DNA from: an uncultured Candidatus Rokubacteria bacterium | Lineage (GTDB): Bacteria; Methylomirabilota; Methylomirabilia; Rokubacteriales; DASRDR01 | Assembly: GCA_963805625.1 (NCBI GenBank) | Contig: CAWDVE010000018.1 | Coordinates: 80,548 to 144,547 of the forward strand | DNA: 64,000 nucleotides | Reading direction: 5' to 3' | In this document: positions 58,717 through 64,000 of the stretch, piece after piece | How positions within the stretch are numbered: the stretch's first letter is position 1 | How the letters are laid out: each line of letters starts with the position of its first letter | Position numbers and translations under genes: made by a program | The notes under the pieces: model-generated | What the model saw: the letters and a program-made list of their open reading frames with translations, nothing else | The model's database searches: none | Told to the model about the DNA's origin: nothing

Positions 58717-60261
58717 TCAGTCGTAGAACGCGTCGACGGTCCACGCGTCCGTCGCGCAGTCGCGCGCGAGCCGGCACGCGACGCCGTCCGGAAGGGCGAC
58801 GTCCCATTCCTCGCGCGCCCACGCCGTCTCGGCCCACCACTCCCCCGCGGTCTGCCAGGGGCCCGCGGCGGCGGCAACGGCGCCCCGGAACCCCTCGGCC
58901 TCGACGCGGGCCGGCCGGCCCGCGCGGCACTCCACCCGGGCGGGCCGCGGGGGCACGAGCCGGCGCCGGACGAGCGCCGCCCCGGTGACCCAGGGGAGCG
59001 GCCCAGACCCCGCGGGACGCGCGGACGAAATGCCGCGTCCGGTCCCGGGCGGCTCGGCCTCCCCGCTGGGGAACGGCGCCACGAGAATCGCGTCGGGCCG
59101 ATAGGTGTCGGGCGCGACCGGCGCGCCCACCCGCTCCGCCCCGACGAGGGCGGCGAGCCGGCCGAGGACCTCGCCGAGCTCACGCGGGCTCGGCCGGGGC
59201 GGCGCGAAGAGATCGGCCTGGAGCGCGGCGAGCGGCACGGGCTCGGCCTCCACGGAGACGGCGACGACCGGCGCCGGGAGCCGGAGCGCCTCCAGCTCGG
59301 TCCGGAGGAGGCGGCCGAGCGTCCGTCCGTCGCGGAGCGGCGCGGCGACATCGAGGCGGTGCTCGTGCATGCCGCCATCCGCGAGACGAAGCGTCAGGTG
59401 AAGCGCGGCCGCGCCGGCCTCGCGGAGGGCGAGGCGCGCCGCGAGCTGCGTGAGGAGCCGGTCGAGGACGAAGGCGAGCGCGGGGAGCGACGGCACCTCC
59501 CAGTCGAGTGTGACCGTTTCGCGGCAAGGCTCGGGCACGAGGTGCGGAACGAACGGTCCGGCGTCCGCGCCGCGGGCAAGCGCCTGGAGCCGGACGGCGG
59601 CCGGACCGAGGCGCGCGAGGAGCGCCGCCGTGGGCAGCGCCGCGAGCCCGCCGAGCGTCCCGATCCCCCAGCGCTCGAGCGCGAGCCCCAGGTCTGGCGC
59701 GGGATCGAGGAGCCCGAGGGAGCGCGGGGCGAGGAACTCCTCTTCCGCGCCCGGCAGCACGATGAAGAGCCCCGCGCCGATCCGCGCCGCGAGTCGCGCC
59801 AGGGTCCGCGTCGCCCCGATGCCGACGCGGATCGGAAGCCCGACCGCCGCGCCCGCCGCGGCCAGCCGCTCGCCGATCCGCCGCTCGTCTCCGAAGAGCG
59901 TCGCGAGCCCGTCGAGATCGAGGCAGAGGGTGCCCGGATCGACCACCTCGATGCGCGGCGAGGTCGCCCACGCGGCATCGAGGAGCGCGCCGGCCGCGGC
60001 GCGCTCGGCCGCGGGATCCTCCACGCGCCCGACGAGATCGGGCACGCGCGTCGCGGCCTCGGTCGCGCTCATGCCCGCGCGCGCCCCGCCGGCCGCCGCC
60101 TCCGGCGTGACCGCCACGACCGTCCGGAGCGTCGTGCCCCGGAGCGCGGCGACGGGACGGCCTCGGAGCGCCGGGTCCTGCCGGACCAGCGCCGCGGCGG
60201 CAAATCCCGACACCCAGACGCAGGCGTAGCGCGGAGGCACCACCAACGGGGCATCGGCCAT
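58717..60261 (-). CDS. imuB: ImuB (catalytically inactive Y-family polymerase)
   Basis: A...G...GM...EA, SPRIE, LDLDGL..LFG, QADLF clamp-binding motif, D.YRPD, GPW...GEWW. Confidence 0.88.
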   Translation of the reverse strand: MADAPLVVPPRYACVWVSGFAAAALVRQDPALRGRPVAALRGTTLRTVVAVTPEAAAGGARAGMSATEAATRVPDLVGRVEDPAAERAAAGALLDAAWATSPRIEVVDPGTLCLDLDGLATLFGDERRIGERLAAAGAAVGLPIRVGIGATRTLARLAARIGAGLFIVLPGAEEEFLAPRSLGLLDPAPDLGLALERWGIGTLGGLAALPTAALLARLGPAAVRLQALARGADAGPFVPHLVPEPCRETVTLDWEVPSLPALAFVLDRLLTQLAARLALREAGAAALHLTLRLADGGMHEHRLDVAAPLRDGRTLGRLLRTELEALRLPAPVVAVSVEAEPVPLAALQADLFAPPRPSPRELGEVLGRLAALVGAERVGAPVAPDTYRPDAILVAPFPSGEAEPPGTGRGISSARPAGSGPLPWVTGAALVRRRLVPPRPARVECRAGRPARVEAEGFRGAVAAAAGPWQTAGEWWAETAWAREEWDVALPDGVACRLARDCATDAWTVDAFYD

Positions 60262-61058
60262 CAACGCACTCCGCGCGCCGCCGCGCGCGGCGCGGGCGTG
60301 ACCGGCCGCGGCTCCCCGGGATCGAGCGTGGTCCACACCAGCCGGACACCGGCGCCCGGCGCGCGGGTCCGGGACCGGATCAGCCGGGCCTCGGTCTCGA
60401 GCCCCGCGAGCAACCCCGGGCCGCCCGGAGCCCAGTGGACGGCCCGCGGGACGAGCGCCACCGCGACCGCGGCGAGGCTTCCGGCCACACGCCGGGGGCC
60501 AACGATGAGCAGCCCGGTCGCCGCACGCTCGACCGCCCGCTGGAGACGCACGAAAACAGCGGGCGGAGTGCGGCCGAGCACCCATGGCGGCAGATCCCCG
60601 AGATCGACCACGACCAGCTCGAACCCGCCCCCCTGGACGAGGACATCCGCCGCGCGCCACGCCGTGGTGAGCCGGCCGCCGCAGCGGACCCAGAGGAGGC
60701 GGCCGAGCGGGACGCCGAGCATCGCGGCCGCGGCCGGGTCGAGACCATCCGTCCCGTCGACGAGCGCCGCCCAGCCGCCGCGCGCCGTGGCGCCCGCAAG
60801 CGCGCCGAGGAGTACCCGGGTGCGCCCGGAGGTCCGCGGACCGACCAGCTCCGCGAGCTCGCCCTGCGGGAAGCCCCCGTCGAGGAGCGCGTCGAGCGGC
60901 GCGAGACCGGTGGGGGTCCGGGGCCTGCCGGCGAGGCGGACACCTGGCCGGACGTGGTACGGGGCCAGGATGGGGTCGTCCGCCGCCACCGGCCCGGGGC
61001 GCCGGGACCCCGGCGTCTGCCGTCGAGCGAGATCCACGGCCAGTGACACGGGCTCCAT
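60261..61058 (-). CDS. imuA: ImuA/RecA-like protein
   Basis: PTGL..LDALL.GGFP.G...ELVGP.TSGRT, LVVVDL; coupled to imuB. Confidence 0.85.
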   Translation of the reverse strand: MEPVSLAVDLARRQTPGSRRPGPVAADDPILAPYHVRPGVRLAGRPRTPTGLAPLDALLDGGFPQGELAELVGPRTSGRTRVLLGALAGATARGGWAALVDGTDGLDPAAAAMLGVPLGRLLWVRCGGRLTTAWRAADVLVQGGGFELVVVDLGDLPPWVLGRTPPAVFVRLQRAVERAATGLLIVGPRRVAGSLAAVAVALVPRAVHWAPGGPGLLAGLETEARLIRSRTRAPGAGVRLVWTTLDPGEPRPVTPAPRAAARGVR

Positions 61059-61230
61059 GAAGATGGCGACGGAGCAGCGTCGCGAGAGATACTAAACATG
61101 AGTTGTGTGTCCTGAACAACTACAGCATGTGGGGTCTGGGCGGATAGACCGCCCCCAGGAATTGGATAGACCAGCAACCGCCGCGCTCAGCTCGATCGGA
61201 TCCGTGCGGATCCGCGCGCAGGCGGCCTTG

Positions 61231-61866
61231 CTACAGCAGGACCACCGGATCCCCCACGCGGACCGACCCCGCCGCCACGACAGCGCAGTCGAGCGCCATC
61301 GTGCCGCCGAACTCCCGGACGATCCGGCGGAGCACGCCGGGGTCCTGCGCCTGCGTATCCGGATCGTAGGTTGTCATCACGCAGCGCGCCCGAAGCTGAG
61401 CGACGGCGATCACCACCTCGCCGATCCGGAGACGCCGTCCGGGCCACTCGCGCTCCTCCAGCCCGTCGACGCCGCCGACCACGATGTTCGGGCGCAGCCT
61501 GCGACCGTCGACCCCGAGCGCCGCGATCGCGCCGTCCGTCGCGACCAGCAGCGGGAGGACGTCGAACCGCTCCTCCCCGTCGAATCGGCCGAGCCGTGCC
61601 GCGGACCCGATCGCATGCGTGACGAGAGCGGCCGCCTCCGGCGACGACCACGAGCAGCCATCCACCTGTGCCTCACCATCGGGTCCGAGAGTGCCTCGAT
61701 GCCCAAGCAGATCCGGGTGTTTTCGCGCGGTGACCACGCGCCCGCGCGCGTCGTACACCTGGACCAGCCGGTCGCCGGCGATTCCGTCGCGCCGGATCTC
61801 CGCGCGCTCGAGTTGCTCCCCGGCCAGGGACTTCACCGGGTACCGCCACAGCTCGGCGACGTGCAT
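61231..61866 (-). CDS. MOSC domain-containing protein
   Basis: LWRYPVKSLAGE, GDR, RRLRPNIVV, RCVMTT. Confidence 0.9.
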   Translation of the reverse strand: MHVAELWRYPVKSLAGEQLERAEIRRDGIAGDRLVQVYDARGRVVTARKHPDLLGHRGTLGPDGEAQVDGCSWSSPEAAALVTHAIGSAARLGRFDGEERFDVLPLLVATDGAIAALGVDGRRLRPNIVVGGVDGLEEREWPGRRLRIGEVVIAVAQLRARCVMTTYDPDTQAQDPGVLRRIVREFGGTMALDCAVVAAGSVRVGDPVVLL

Positions 61867-61962
61867 CTCGCGCCTCCGGACGCATGGATGATCGAGCGGG
61901 CCTCCACCCGTCCGCTCTGTTAGAGCACGGGACGGCCCGCGCGGATTCGGGGGCGCCTCGGT

Positions 61963-62193
61963 TCAAGGCGGTGGATCGAGCCCCCCGCGCGCGAACCGAT
62001 GGCAGCGACAGAGTCGCCAGAGCGCGAGCGCGCCCCCCCGGGCAAGCCCGTGCCGGAGGAGGGCCAGCCGCGCATACTCGGAGCAGGTCGGCCAGAACCG
62101 GCACGCCCCCGGCAGGAGCGGCGAGAGCCATCGCTGGTACCCCACCAGGAGCGCGAGGGCCGCCCGCGTGGGCCGGCCCGGGCCCGCGGCCAT
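61963..62193 (-). CDS. yidD: Membrane protein insertion efficiency factor YidD
   Basis: YQRWLSP...ACRF.PTCSEYA..A...HG..G..L...R..RC...GG.DP.P. Confidence 0.88.
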   Translation of the reverse strand: MAAGPGRPTRAALALLVGYQRWLSPLLPGACRFWPTCSEYARLALLRHGLARGGALALWRLCRCHRFARGGLDPPP

Positions 62194-62318
62194 CTCCAGG
62201 ATCCCGTCGCCGCCCGCGACCGCTTCCGGCTCAGCCGCCAGGCCGATCCTCGAGCGGAAGCCCCATGGCCTGGAGCAAGCAGTCCACCGCGAGCCGGAGC
62301 ACCGGCGCGATCCCGTGC

Positions 62319-63434
62319 CTACCCGGTGGTGAACGCGGGTAACGGCGCAGCGGCGAGCAGATGGCCGCGCAATGCGGCCACGGTCGGGCGCCCGCCGAGC
62401 CCGGGCCCCGCGGGCGGCGCGAGCGTGCCCGCCTCGGGACGGATCGGCACCTCGAGGAGCGGCGTGGCCAGCTCGCCCATCGGCCACTCGACCCAGGCCA
62501 TGCCAGGGGTGGACGCCGCCAGGTGGAGCGCCGCGGCCAGGCCCGGACCGAAGTAGAACGAGTGGGGCACGACGGCCACGTTCCAGGCGGCCGCCAGGGT
62601 CGCGATCTTCTTCGCCTCGACCAGCCCGCCGACCTTCGTCGGACTGGGCTGCAGGATGTCCACGGCGTCGGCGCGCAGCATCTCGCGGAACCCGATCACG
62701 GTCGCCTCGTTCTCCCCCGCGGCGATGGGCGTGTCGAGCGCCGCCCGGACCCGGGCGAGACCCTGATAGTCCTCGGGTGGCCAGACCGGCTCCTCGAGCC
62801 ACGCGAGATCGTAGCGGGCGAGCGCCCGGCCCATGCGAATCGCCTCCGCCGGGGTCCACGGACAGTTGACGTCGAGCATGAGCGCCACGTCCGGCCCCAC
62901 CGCTTCCCGGGCGGCGGCGACGGAGGCGAGGTCGGTCTGGTGGAGCTTCACGCCGCGGAACCCCTGCCGGACGGCGGCGGCGGCGGCCCGGGCCACGTCG
63001 GCGGGCCGGTCGAACCGCGCGAGGCTCGCGTACGCCGGGATCCGGGGCTGGACCAGGCCGCCGAGCAACTCGTACACCGGCACGCCGCGCGTCTGCCCGG
63101 CGAGGTCCCAGAGCGCGAGCTCGACACCGCTGATCGCGAACATGCCGAGCCCACGGCGGCCGAACAGGAGCGTCGCCCGGTGCAGCCGGTCGACGAGCCG
63201 CTCGATGTCGGTCGGGGGCTCGCCCAGCAAGAGCGGCGCGAGCGCCTCGTGCACGACCGCGCAGACGGCCATCGGCGCGCCGAGCGCGAAGGCCTCGCCC
63301 CAGCCCACGAGCCCCTCATCCGTCGCGACGCGGACCAGCACCTGCTTCCCGAGCCGTGCCGTCCACGGGGAGGGCGGATCGGTCGGCTGCCAGGGGATCC
63401 CGAGCGGGAGGGCCTCGACGGCGGCGATCTTCAC
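62319..63434 (-). CDS. Mandelate racemase/muconate lactonizing enzyme family protein
   Basis: [34 protein letters not shown]. Confidence 0.9.
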   Translation of the reverse strand: MKIAAVEALPLGIPWQPTDPPSPWTARLGKQVLVRVATDEGLVGWGEAFALGAPMAVCAVVHEALAPLLLGEPPTDIERLVDRLHRATLLFGRRGLGMFAISGVELALWDLAGQTRGVPVYELLGGLVQPRIPAYASLARFDRPADVARAAAAAVRQGFRGVKLHQTDLASVAAAREAVGPDVALMLDVNCPWTPAEAIRMGRALARYDLAWLEEPVWPPEDYQGLARVRAALDTPIAAGENEATVIGFREMLRADAVDILQPSPTKVGGLVEAKKIATLAAAWNVAVVPHSFYFGPGLAAALHLAASTPGMAWVEWPMGELATPLLEVPIRPEAGTLAPPAGPGLGGRPTVAALRGHLLAAAPLPAFTTG

Positions 63435-63495
63435 GGCCGAACTCCGGGAACAGGTCGCCGGAGCCGCCGTCCTTCGACCCGGGGCGCGGCCAGAC

Positions 63496-63897
63496 CTAGC
63501 GCCCCGGGCGAAGGAGGTCCCGGATCTCCGTGAGGAGCCGCTCCGTGGGCGACGGCCCCGGTGGAGCGGGGGCGGGCTCCTCGCGCTTCATGCGGTTCGC
63601 CGCCTTGACCACGAGGAAGATGACGAACGCGATGACGAGGAAATCCACGATGGCCTGGATGAACTTCCCGATCCCCAGCACGACGGCGGGCTTGTCGCCG
63701 GCCGCGGGCTTGAGGACCCAGCCGAGCTGGGAGAAGTCCACGCCGCCGAGGAGGATCCCGACCGGCGGCATGATCACGTCCCCCACCAGCGAGGAGACGA
63801 TCTTCCCGAAGGCCGCGCCGATGACGACACCGACGGCGAGATCGAGGACGTTGCCGCGCAGGACGAACGTCTTGAACTCCTGACACATCCCCGCCAT
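63496..63897 (-). CDS. mscL: Large-conductance mechanosensitive channel
   Basis: [42 protein letters not shown]. Confidence 0.95.
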   Translation of the reverse strand: MAGMCQEFKTFVLRGNVLDLAVGVVIGAAFGKIVSSLVGDVIMPPVGILLGGVDFSQLGWVLKPAAGDKPAVVLGIGKFIQAIVDFLVIAFVIFLVVKAANRMKREEPAPAPPGPSPTERLLTEIRDLLRPGR

Positions 63898-64000
63898 GGA
63901 CGCCTCCCTCGCGCGAGCGTCCGGAGTGGACCGCGCCGCAGCGGCCGCCCTTGGCCGCGGCTCTGTCGGGATGATGCACGCCCCTTGACGCCGTGACAAG

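Overview
Very GC-rich bacterial genomic window with dense coding. Gene content and style suggest a soil lineage such as Candidatus Rokubacteria, which is inference only. Blocks in order: (1) 1-20 kb, a methylated-amine/betaine-type catabolic region with three homocysteine S-methyltransferase paralogs (one very close to animal BHMT), a Rieske demethylase-like oxygenase, two CocE/NonD hydrolases and several flavin amine oxidoreductases. It is interrupted by a 1349-bp DDE insertion sequence (27-bp perfect IRs, 7-bp target duplication) sitting in one arm of a 20-bp palindromic element. (2) 20.5-26.6 kb, an MmgE/PrpD + ABC importer + SDR operon. (3) 26.7-48.2 kb, a haem-c/HAMP sensor + class III cyclase pair next to a large uncharacterised cluster: Dpp-type importer, degenerate ABC exporter, cNMP-binding and PA14 proteins, four glycosyltransferases, phosphatase, methyltransferase and deacetylase. 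(4) Malate synthase and a PhnDCE-like ABC transporter under a clear TPP riboswitch, the best novel lead: a likely thiamine-phosphate/precursor importer. (5) pal, then an imuA-imuB-dnaE2 cassette with an inserted ORF6N gene and palindrome, followed by MOSC, yidD, an enolase-superfamily gene and mscL. Several gene remnants mark deletion scars. No tRNA, rRNA or CRISPR array was seen. Family calls come from motif recognition, not database searches.
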